Below, piece after piece: positions 22,266-32,278 of a DNA stretch of 64,000 nt. The position numbers and the translations under genes were made by a program. Origin of the DNA: Catajapyx aquilonaris (lineage: Eukaryota). Each line of letters starts with the position of its first letter. Positions within the stretch are counted from its first letter, which is position 1. The stretch covers positions 1-64,000 of the forward strand of contig JYFJ02000730.1 in NCBI GenBank assembly GCA_000934665.2. Direction: 5' to 3'. The notes under the pieces are model-generated. The model was not told where the DNA came from, ran no database searches, and saw nothing but the letters and a program-made list of their open reading frames with translations.

Positions 22266-25200
22266 ATGGTGGGCGAGGAGGCAAAGGCTCGCGTTGCAGA
22301 ATTCAGACTCCCGGCAAGGTGAGGGATTTTTTTTTTTTTTTTTTTGCTCAAATCGGATTGTTCACACCAGCAACAAATGCTATTCTATTTAAACTAATTT
22401 ACATAACGTTCTGTACGAGGTTCATATTTTGTATTATGAGCACCTCGTTTTTCTAATTCTACTCTTTCAGAATGATTGGGTACAACTCACGCAAGTTCAT
22501 GGCCTGGGTTAGGAAGATAGACAAATTGCAAGAGGCCTTGGATGAGAAGCAGGACAGTAAAAGCAAGACCAAAGTAGTAGAAGAAGAGCCTACGGAAATT
22601 CGGTATAACTAACAAGTGATATTAATTATTATAATGAGAATGAATAATAAACATGTTTTTTTTTTCATCATCATCAGAGACTTTAAATTCATGGAGCAGC
22701 TGCTAATTGGTTACCCCTGCTTGAGCAAGATTACTCAAACGGAGGAGACGTACGTGGATGATATGCATCGCGTGGGAATTAATGTCGCTTTAGTAAGCAA
22801 GGTACGTCGCTTATGAGGGCGTGGATCCATCGAATGTCGGTAACCGGTCGTAACCATAACAAAGGTCGCAACTCGCAACCATGTAGTTACTAATAATTAA
22901 CTAATGACGATACGACATTTTGATGAACCCCTCAGTTGTACGTACACGTTTGTTACAATGTATGGTACCGATATATGATGAGCAACATCTTTATCCTGCA
23001 GGCAATTGCCCAGCTCAGACGTGATTTTCAGGACTCCATTCTGACTCAAACATCGCAACTCAGGACCTGGATGGACAGAGAGTCTCTCTCCATGTACGTT
23101 CACTTATTTTTCAATGTATCGTATTTTTTTCAAAACCAAACTGATATGTGACCTTTTCATTGCAGCCGTAAAAAGATGCATATAGTGACCAAGGCCTACG
23201 AGCAGGAGTGTCGAGATCGCTCGGAGAACGCGAGGGCAGCCTACAAAAGACGGTTTAAAGAACTTCTCGGGAAATTAGAACTCCAAGGTCATAAGGAACA
23301 AACTGTTCTAGATCAGGTTAGTGTATGCAGCATAAAATGCATTATTATTATTCCCCCTTTTTTTTCTGTGTATGTGGGCGACTTGACTCGCTACTTAGCC
23401 TCGGTGAAGACTTCACTGGTCATGTAAACGCACCTTTATGGCGTCACAATATTGAGGCGACCACATTTTAACACACATACACATGAATGCGCTTGAAAGT
23501 TAACAACAATGTTAATATGGTCTCTTTTAGCGAATAGCTATGATGACGACCGTCTTGCGTGGCGTTCACGACGTCTTGATGGCGCACACCCACAGTGATG
23601 TGGTAGCCGAAAGGAAGAAGATCGAAATTAGCGTGGCGCTTGCAAAGATCTTGAGGCTATTCGGCGATATAAAGGCTGGGGTACGCAGCACATGTCCGCG
23701 TGTGGGTATTGAAACTGTGGCGACACGGTTTTTTATTTTTTATTTTCCTCCAACAGGGAGACCATTTGATGGAAGTGGGACAAAGAGGGTTGCAAGTACT
23801 CACAGAAGCAGTTGGTGTCCTGGGGGTGGCAATAGCGGACATTCGGCAGGATCTGGAATTGCTCCACACGGTGAACGAGAGACTGGTGACCACCGTGCAA
23901 TCACATTCCGAATACTTACGAGAAAGGGAAAAGGTGGGGGGAAAAAATTGCTTTTACTGTAACGAAGGACGTAATTCATGTAATTATTCCCCCCCCCCCC
24001 CCTCTTTTCCAGCAAGACATGCAATTGAAAAACATTGCGAAATCTAGGGAATTCGAGCTGGTAGCAGCTACTGAGACAGTCCATTTCTTGAAACACAAGT
24101 TGGAATTGGCCCAGCAGGAGAAAAGAGAGTGGAAGCAACACTGCCTCGTGAATGTGGAGAGGCTGAATCTCGTGAAAGAAAAATTGGCAGTCGAGCGTGC
24201 GAGATTTGGCCATTCACAGGAACTGCTTAAGGTAAGATTATTATAATATTAATAACCCTTGCTTATAATAACTGAAGGGACGAAGTTGGATGTATCAGTT
24301 GGATTGCTCCGTAACATGGAGAGTTTTAAGTAGCAGATTGATATCCGACCAATCATATGCGACATCCATGGATAGCGTAATCTGGATGTCGAATATGATC
24401 AGTCGGATATGTCAATGCGCTACTTAATAAAAGTCGCAAGAATAGGATGTCTGCAAGATGCCAGAATGCGATACCCAGGAGACGTATCCAGCATGGATGC
24501 CCACAAGATGCCAGAATACGATATCCAGGAGACATCCAGCCTGGATGTCCACAAGATGTCGGAATGCGATACCCAGGAGACATCCAGCCTGGATGTCCAC
24601 AAGATGCCGGAATGCGATATCCAGGAGACATCCGGTCTGGATGTCCACAAGATGCCAGAATGCGATATCCAGGAGACATCCGGCCTGGATGTCCACAAGA
24701 TGCCAGAATACGATATCCAGGAGACATCCAGCCTGGATGTCCACAAGATGCCAGAATGCGATATCCAGGAGACATCCGGCCTGGATGTCCACAAGATGCC
24801 AGAATACGATATCCAGGAGACATCCAGCCTGGATGTCCACAAGATGTCGGAATGCGATACCCAGGAGACATCCAGCCTGGATGTCCACAAGATGCCGGAA
24901 TGCGATATCCAGGAGACATCCGGCCTGGATGTCCACAAGATGCCAGAATACGATATCCAGGAGACATCCAGCCTGGATGTCCACAAGATGCCAGAATGCG
25001 ACATCCAAGAGACATCCGGCCTGGATGTCCACAAGATGCCAGAATAAGATATCCATGAGACATCCAGCCTGGATGTCCACAAGATGCCAGAATGCGATAC
25101 CCAGGAGACATCCGGCCTGGATGTCCACAAGATGCTGGAATCCGATACCCAGGAGACATCCGGCCTGGATGTCCCTTGAGCATCCAACCTGCTGGGACAT

Positions 25201-27173
25201 CCAGGGGATATCCATAATCTCATTTAAAAATATCATTGATGATGAGCATACGGCCCAACTTTTAAATGGGATTATCAGCTAACGACATCCCGCTCCTGTT
25301 TGTGTTATGCTGTTAATGGTTTATTAATTACGTAGGTTTGAAAAATAATAATAATAATAATGCTCCGTTTTAACTCTCTCTCTTTGGCTGGGACCAGAAA
25401 TTATGGGTACAGAATCCGAAGCAGGCCGGTTTTGAGGATGAGTCTTGGCAGAAACTGCTCGGCTTACCTCCGTCTGAACACAAAGAAAAGACGAAGAGGA
25501 GAAAGCAACTGGTCGGTTCACCTCCACCTGAAGAGGACCTTTTACCTCCGACATCTGAAGAGGACCATTTACCGCCATCTGAACACAAAGAAAAGATGAA
25601 GAGGAGAAAGGAAGTGGTCTCCAGGTATATACCAAAAGTATTTGTTGCTAAAATTTTTGCGACTTTTCGATGGCCAGACGGACCGTAACATTGCTTGCTT
25701 CTATGGACCTTATCACTTTATTTTGTACCTCTGCTTTTATGAACGTATGTTTTTTCTTCAGTACAATGGAAGAAATAGAGCATGAAGTGGGGAAGGCAAA
25801 AAAAGGGAAAAGCAGGAAGAAAAAAAGAGCCAAGACCCGCGCTGGCGACCGCGGATCTCAGGAAAGAAGGAAGCGTCGATCTGAGAGAAGGAAACGTCGT
25901 CGAAGGAGGTCGGGAGATGACGAGACGTCGTCGTCCGAGGATTCCAGTTCCTCATCCGGGAGTTGGCTATCTTCAGAAAGCGACGAAACACTTGCAGTTA
26001 CAGATTTAACAGGTGGGCCCAAGATTCCGCATGGACCAACTGAAGACGCGATGCTTGTTGAACACGAGAAACTACGTGAACAGTGGGAATCATCTGAAGA
26101 CATGAAACCTGAAGAGTGGGAATCATTTGAAGGCGTGAAACCTGAAAAGCAGGGGACGCCTAAAAAAGAGAAACCTGGTGAGAAAGGCAAGGCTGCTGTG
26201 CAACATAAGAAGAAAGGTTTGCAGCGAATCACAAGGGGCGCTTCACCCTTGAAGCCTTATGGTGTCAGCAAGAAAGCAGCTCCTCAGAAACCGGTCGCAA
26301 GGATTGCGCCCGTCAGGAAGGCTGTCAAATCGCATTCAGCAAGGATCCGTGCCATGCCTCGCCCCGTACTTGTCACCAGGAGCACCAGTTGCGACCTTAC
26401 GCCACTCGTAGACAATTCGTGTCAAACCGAGTCCCTGGGTCCAATGGGTGGCCAGGGCCAGGCTGGCCGTTATGGCTGGGAAGACTACTGGGAATTGGGC
26501 GACCATCAGCTGCCTCGGTACGTTACGGCTCATTAAGTTCAAGTTTTGAGATTGTAACCGGTTCCCTCGTTTACGACAGGGATTTGTGCGACGGCGACAC
26601 CTTTGCTTATGCGGTGGGAAAAGAATGCAAGGAAGCGGTGACCCAAGAGATGGAGGACCTGCTGGAGCCGTACGAAGCACCCGACGACAGCCAATGGGAA
26701 GTTAATGTAATCAATCTGGCAGAATTTGAAAATATTAATCCATCAGTGAGGGTGAGGTATTTTTTGCGCATTTACGATATGGTGGAAGTTGATTTATTTA
26801 TTTTTTTTGTCGCAGGATAAATGGACACGCGAGCACCTCATCAACACTGCAAGGGCATGGCGGAATCGCTACATGACCCTCAAGGACAACCACAGGGTGT
26901 ATCGGGACGAGGCCTTCCTGAGGACCTCTCTGGTCGCTCGCACTGCTGCGATACACCCGGTGGCTCCTGGATTTTTTGTACGTCTCCTTCATATTGTTTC
27001 ATACTTGTAATTACGGCAATGAGTTTTAAACTGTGGTTTTTATTGGGGCGTATGCTAATGCGAGAGTCGCTTTCTAATTTACATTTTCTTCATGTGAATA
27101 ATTACAGAGTGATCTGAAGACACCAGCAGGGGTGTACCCTGTTCATTTCACATCGGAGCGAAAAAGGAAATGA
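22266..27173 (+). CDS. Unrecognised 13-exon coiled-coil protein (~826 aa) with basic/Ser-acidic low-complexity middle
   Basis: Exons 22266-22318, 22471-22602, 22678-22801, 23002-23093, 23166-23316, 23531-23680, 23757-23933, 24013-24231, 25398-25624, 25762-26517, 26580-26751, 26816-26977, 27108-27173; all 12 GT-AG junctions preserve frame. Confidence 0.8.
24447..25172. repeat. Intronic minisatellite, ~15 copies of a 48-bp unit
   Basis: Unit GATATCCAGGAGACATCC(A/G)GCCTGGATGTCCACAAGATGCCAGAAT(G/A)C; produces spurious 16-aa-repeat ORFs in six frames. Confidence 0.95.
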
Positions 27174-27318
27174 CGGCCGTGAGTTTATGAACCTACTGAG
27201 AATATGTAATGAGCTGAAGTGTGAATGTGATGAACGAAGATTGGCCTACACACCTTTTTTTTTTTTTCTCGGTACGGTACTGTACATAATATTTATTTTT
27301 GTAATAAAATGATGGTAT

Positions 27319-29193
27319 TTACCGCATAAAATGTGTTGGCGTACGACGTTTCAAGGCTTTCCGAATCACTTCGGCTAGAAATGCGATTAATGATATTTCC
27401 ATTCCTGATGCCCAGAATTGAAATGGGACTTGAAGGTCTTGAAGGGTGTTCACAGTGTTCGTAACCACTTCCGAGGATGGTTGCCCAGTTGCGTGCAGTT
27501 GGCGTATGAAGTTTCGGTATCCGTACGCTGTGGCCCACTGGTTAACCAGACCGGCTTCGAAACAGCGGGAGAGGCCATTCGTCATAGCCGATGAATACAC
27601 CTCGCCTTTGCCGTATGCTGAGTAAATGTAAGTGCTGAGGAATCGAGCAGAAGCAATATTGATGCGGTTCAATCCATTCATAGCCACGTATGACTTCGTC
27701 TCAGCATCGAAATAATTTGGAATTATACATGCAAAATCTGATGTTAGAGTCGCATCTAAGCATTCATTTAGTGACGGAAATTCAGGCGCCATCTTTTCAC
27801 CCAATTTCTGATGCTCCGGTATGTCACTTATGGCAAGCATTTGACGTATGATTTGAGACGTAGGGTAAAAAGTGCCCCATTGGAAATCTGATTCCACCAA
27901 TTCGCTGACAGTCTCCGGGAGGACTTCGCTGCCCGGATGTGTGAATAACGAGAGCAACTTTGTCTTGTAGCCGCAGGTGATCACTAATGACAGTGTCCAG
28001 AAAGGCAGCAGGAATATTCGGAGAGAGTTTGTCGAGATCTTCGCAGGGACTGGTTGCTCAACCATTATTCGGAATATGATCTGGAGTGAGGAGGATAACC
28101 GGTGGTTCGTTTGTGATGGGAGCGTGACGTATATTACAAGTACGGACACAGACAATGTGAGGAATATGATGCACCAACTGGTTACTGTGTACGGATACAT
28201 GAGGACTCGCCATGTTATGAGCGGACGAGCTGCTCTTGTGGCGAATGTCATCTGCATATTCGCTACCGGTGTCCCCAATTCAACAGCTCTCAAGTGCTCA
28301 TATTTTGGTACAAAGGTCAAGAAGAAGTTCACTTTTCCATCTTCGATGATATCTGTGAACGTAGACCAAGTCACAGCAGTCAAATCACTGCTGACTGGTA
28401 TTATCGTCGTGTTAAGCAAATCCTCATACAACAGAACAATGTTCTCATGAACATTAACCGCTGCGTAACCATTACTCATTACTTTCCATCTTAAATGTGA
28501 AATATTCAAGAGATCAAACGTGAAGGTTTTGATCTTGAATCCGTTTAGCGTCCCGGATGTGTCCGGATACATTGAATCAACCGGAATAACACCACGATAT
28601 ATTCCAAGCGACATTAACTCTTGCTGTCCATTATTGCAGAAGAAGCAGATGGTGCTCAGTCCGATTGCTCTTTCGGTCCTGGATAAAGTGGCTGCCAGCT
28701 TGAATCTGATCTTGTTGATCGGAGGCTGCATCAGGACCTCTTCATCGTCCGCAGTGTCCAGCAAGAAGATGAACTTGTCCAGCTTGTTCCTAACCCGGAT
28801 GCTTGAGGCGAGATGAACCACTAGCTGACCCACTTTTGATGCTGTCGACGGAACGATGATGTTGAATGTGCAGCCATTCCCTGTCCAGTTGTTGGATCGG
28901 ATCTGGTATGGCATTGCGTTGAATGAAAACAGATGGTCGTGATAGTTCCAAGGGAAGGTGATCATCCTGGTTAGATACAGAGGGTGATATCGCAGTTCTG
29001 ATTCCATGTTGATCATCCGACTGATTTGAACGGGTATCACCGGTCCGTTCCAAGCGATCACCAACGAGCAACCGATACCTTCCTTCATGATCAATTTGGT
29101 TAAAAATTCAGACACAAAGTCATCCGTATCAACATTCATCAGCATTACGGAGCTGGTGATGGTTAAAAAAATTATGGCAATTTGTATCTTCAT
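27319..29193 (-). CDS. Divergent ionotropic receptor (IR, variant iGluR), intronless
   Basis: Signal peptide MKIQIAIIFL..; LMYPYTVTSW before M1, pore IFRIMVEQP, M3 LVITCGYKTKLLSLFTHP, PETVSEL, S2 end RCFEAGLVNQW, M4 LQDLQVPF. Confidence 0.9.
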   Translation of the reverse strand: MKIQIAIIFLTITSSVMLMNVDTDDFVSEFLTKLIMKEGIGCSLVIAWNGPVIPVQISRMINMESELRYHPLYLTRMITFPWNYHDHLFSFNAMPYQIRSNNWTGNGCTFNIIVPSTASKVGQLVVHLASSIRVRNKLDKFIFLLDTADDEEVLMQPPINKIRFKLAATLSRTERAIGLSTICFFCNNGQQELMSLGIYRGVIPVDSMYPDTSGTLNGFKIKTFTFDLLNISHLRWKVMSNGYAAVNVHENIVLLYEDLLNTTIIPVSSDLTAVTWSTFTDIIEDGKVNFFLTFVPKYEHLRAVELGTPVANMQMTFATRAARPLITWRVLMYPYTVTSWCIIFLTLSVSVLVIYVTLPSQTNHRLSSSLQIIFRIMVEQPVPAKISTNSLRIFLLPFWTLSLVITCGYKTKLLSLFTHPGSEVLPETVSELVESDFQWGTFYPTSQIIRQMLAISDIPEHQKLGEKMAPEFPSLNECLDATLTSDFACIIPNYFDAETKSYVAMNGLNRINIASARFLSTYIYSAYGKGEVYSSAMTNGLSRCFEAGLVNQWATAYGYRNFIRQLHATGQPSSEVVTNTVNTLQDLQVPFQFWASGMEISLIAFLAEVIRKALKRRTPTHFMR

Positions 29194-29818
29194 AGTTAAG
29201 AGCAGCGAATGTGCGTCTCTCTCTGTACTCGCAAGTGTATGAAAATGGATTTCCACCTTATGCGTGGGATGCTGTTTCATTTTGACATGTCCTTGCGCTA
29301 TGATAAATGACGGCAGAAGTGGCCGGAAAGTTGTTACGCTTCAAAGGAAATGACTGAAGGTCACCCAATGTGATGCACGATCAAATCCTAAATGGCATAT
29401 GCATGTCCAATATCCAATACAGAGAACAAGACGTTTGAAAAGACAAAAGGCAACCAACACAATCAAAACTCCGGTCAAGGGCACAGAGCAACAGAATAAA
29501 TTCAAATCAATAGTCACCTGCGGAAAACGAAACGACAATCCGACGTCATTGTCACACAACAATACGAGAAAAAAAGCGCCAACAAAAAGAGCATCGTTTC
29601 CGCCTATTGTTGCATGAGAACGAAACGATTACGTCAGATCGTCCTTTCGTTTTCCGCACTTTAGGCAACTCTTCAGATCGCCTGATCTAGCATGAACACA
29701 TTTTAACAAGCCATCTTGTGCTGCACGTGTCGTACAATAAACTTGAAAGAATTGTAACAGGTTTATTGCAACAAAATAGGCATTTGCAATTAGCATTCAA
29801 TCATTTTCCGTGACAAGT

Positions 29819-30622
29819 TCAGCTTGCAAACCCCCCGGAAGGCAATTTCAAATGTCTTCCACATCCTGACGGCCTTCCTGGCGTCACCGGGTGCGGGATT
29901 TCTGCGAGATGATCTCTGAGCGCCATGGATTGCGACGGATCACGAGCAGCATACCACCCGTGATTTACCATCCAAGGCGTGTTTCGGATGGGTCCTTCAG
30001 CCCTGTGTTTGTCTGCATGCGTAACGGTGACTATGGCCTGCCCTTTGACCTTCCCTTTCCAGCTGGGTCTGCCTATTTCGCTGCACTTGTTGCACCTGGC
30101 ACTTAGTTGACTCCCACCGCCATGCAGCCGTGGTTCCAGGAACAACCGCGGGTTGGTCCGAAAGTCATAGTCGCAACAAAAATCACATCCAGAGCCAGGT
30201 TCTGAAATATGTGCAGAATGTAACCGCACGTAATTTGCAAACTATTAGTAAATGTGCGTACCTTCCTGATACGCAGCTTTGCATTCTTCGGGATGTTCTT
30301 CTCGGAACCGCCTGACTTCCGCTAGATCCGTCCTGCTCAGCGGTGCCAGTCCATCGTTGTCCCGTGTGGCAGCCAACCAGTCGTACCCCAGTCGGATCGT
30401 CGACTCTCCCAGATCAGGGGCGGCCCCTATTCCCCCATCCTCAGACGACAAATAGGTGGAGCCGGACAATCCATCTTCATACGACTGATATGGTCCAAGA
30501 AGTCCAGACGACTTTGCCGCTGCGAAAGTCTTCTCTGCAAACGGTCTCGAGAAGATCACACGTCTTAATTTCTTCGCTGGAGAATTATTCTCCAGCTTTT
30601 CGAACGTTTTCGAAGACGCCAT
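29819..30622 (-). CDS. Two-exon orphan ORF (~247 aa; 30622-30262, 30201-29819) with CDFC...CNKC pair
   Basis: CAAG-ATGG start context, 60-nt GTACGC...TTTCAG intron joins two ORFs in frame, AATAAA ~55 nt past the stop. Confidence 0.5.
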
Positions 30623-30629
30623 CTTGGAA

Positions 30630-31680
30630 TATATCGATTCGAACAAATAAATCGATATTTTGTGAAAGCATATCGATACCGAAGTGCACCGACCGTAGAT
30701 ATCGATATTTTTCGAGACATATCGACATTTTTCGAGACATATCGACATAATTATTTGCAAACATATCGACATTGTTCGAGACATCGATATTTTTCGAGAC
30801 ATATCAACATAATTATTTGCAAACCTATCGACATTGTTCGAGACACATCGATATTTTTCGAGACATATCGACATATTTGCAAACCTATCGATATATTTGC
30901 AAACATATCGACATTTTTCGAGACAGATCGATATATTTGCAAACATATCGATATTTTTCGAGACATATCAATATATTTGCAAACATATCGACATTTTTCG
31001 AGACAGATCGATATTTTTCGAGACGGATCGACATTGTTCGAGACATATCGATATATTTGCAAACATATCGACATTTTTCGAGACAGATCGATATTTTTCG
31101 AGACATACAGACATAATTATTTGCAAACCTATCGACATTGTTCGAGACATATCGATATATTTGCAAACATATCGACATTTTTCGAGACAGATCGATATAT
31201 TTGCAAACATATCGATATTTTTCGAGACATATCAATATATTTGCAAACATATCGACATTTTTCGAGACATAACGATATTTTTCGAGACGGATCGACATTG
31301 TTCGAGACATATCGATATATTTGCGAACATATCGACATTTTTCGAGACAGATCGATATTTTTCGAGACATATCGACATAATTATTTGCAAACCTATCGAC
31401 ATTGTTCGAGACATCGATATTGTTCGAGACAGATCGACATTGTTCGAGACATATTGATATTTTTCGAGACATATCCATATATTTGCAAAAATATCGACAT
31501 TTTTCGAGACAGATCGATATTTTTCGAGACAGATCAATATTTTTCGAGAAATCGATATATTTGCACACATATCGATAATTTTCGACAACTTCGATATTAT
31601 CTGCAAACATCGATACTTAAGTGGAACAAATGTGGATATCGTTATTTTAGACACATCGATATTTTGCAAAACATATGGAT
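30630..31680. repeat. Complex satellite of ~20-24-bp ATCGA-based subunits
   Basis: Interleaved ATCGATATTTTTCGAGAC, ATCGACATTGTTCGAGAC and ATCGATATATTTGCAAAC units; marker GACGGATCG recurs 264 bp apart (31022, 31286). Confidence 0.92.
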
Positions 31681-32278
31681 ATTGAATTGCTTCAAAATTG
31701 GCGCCAATTGATAACCACAATATTAATCATCACCCTGTAATGTCATTTTTTTAAAAGGTTAATAATAAAGCACCACGTTTTTAATAAAGAATCAACCTCT
31801 TTATAGTCATAAATACTTCAAGTTCCGTTTACAACCAACATACTGATGCTCAGCGCAAAATACTCATTCGATAAGATAATAAGCACTTTTTTTCTGAATA
31901 CCTTTTTTTTTTTTTACAATGACACAATGACTGAAATACTTGGCTGCCCCTTCCCAAAAAATTACAAAAATTAAATTTCTGTAGCACTCTCTTAAAAATA
32001 TAACTCTTTCATAGACATAATTGTTAACTCTAATGCACTTGGATTCATAACCAACTGTTTGCATGGTCTTTGCGGGAAGATTCCTTAGCCTGCACCCATC
32101 AGGCCAAAATAGGTTTAAAAAAAAGAATAAAAAAAAGTGAAATCACGCACTGCACACACTCGCTAAATAATTATAAACAAATGAGAAGGACACAAGAGAA
32201 TTGGTTGAGCGAGAGAGTGGGAATGGTGATAACAAAGAGCACTTTGACATGTCGTCGTCGTCTTGTCCGCCAGATATC

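Noticed and set aside
24447..25172. CRISPR array or repeat-protein ORFs
   Set aside because: Units are contiguous with no unique spacers, no cas genes, eukaryotic intron; ORFs arise because 48 bp is a stop-free multiple of 3.
30662..31720. Long ORFs (349, 241, 207 aa)
   Set aside because: Translations of the satellite in several frames on both strands.
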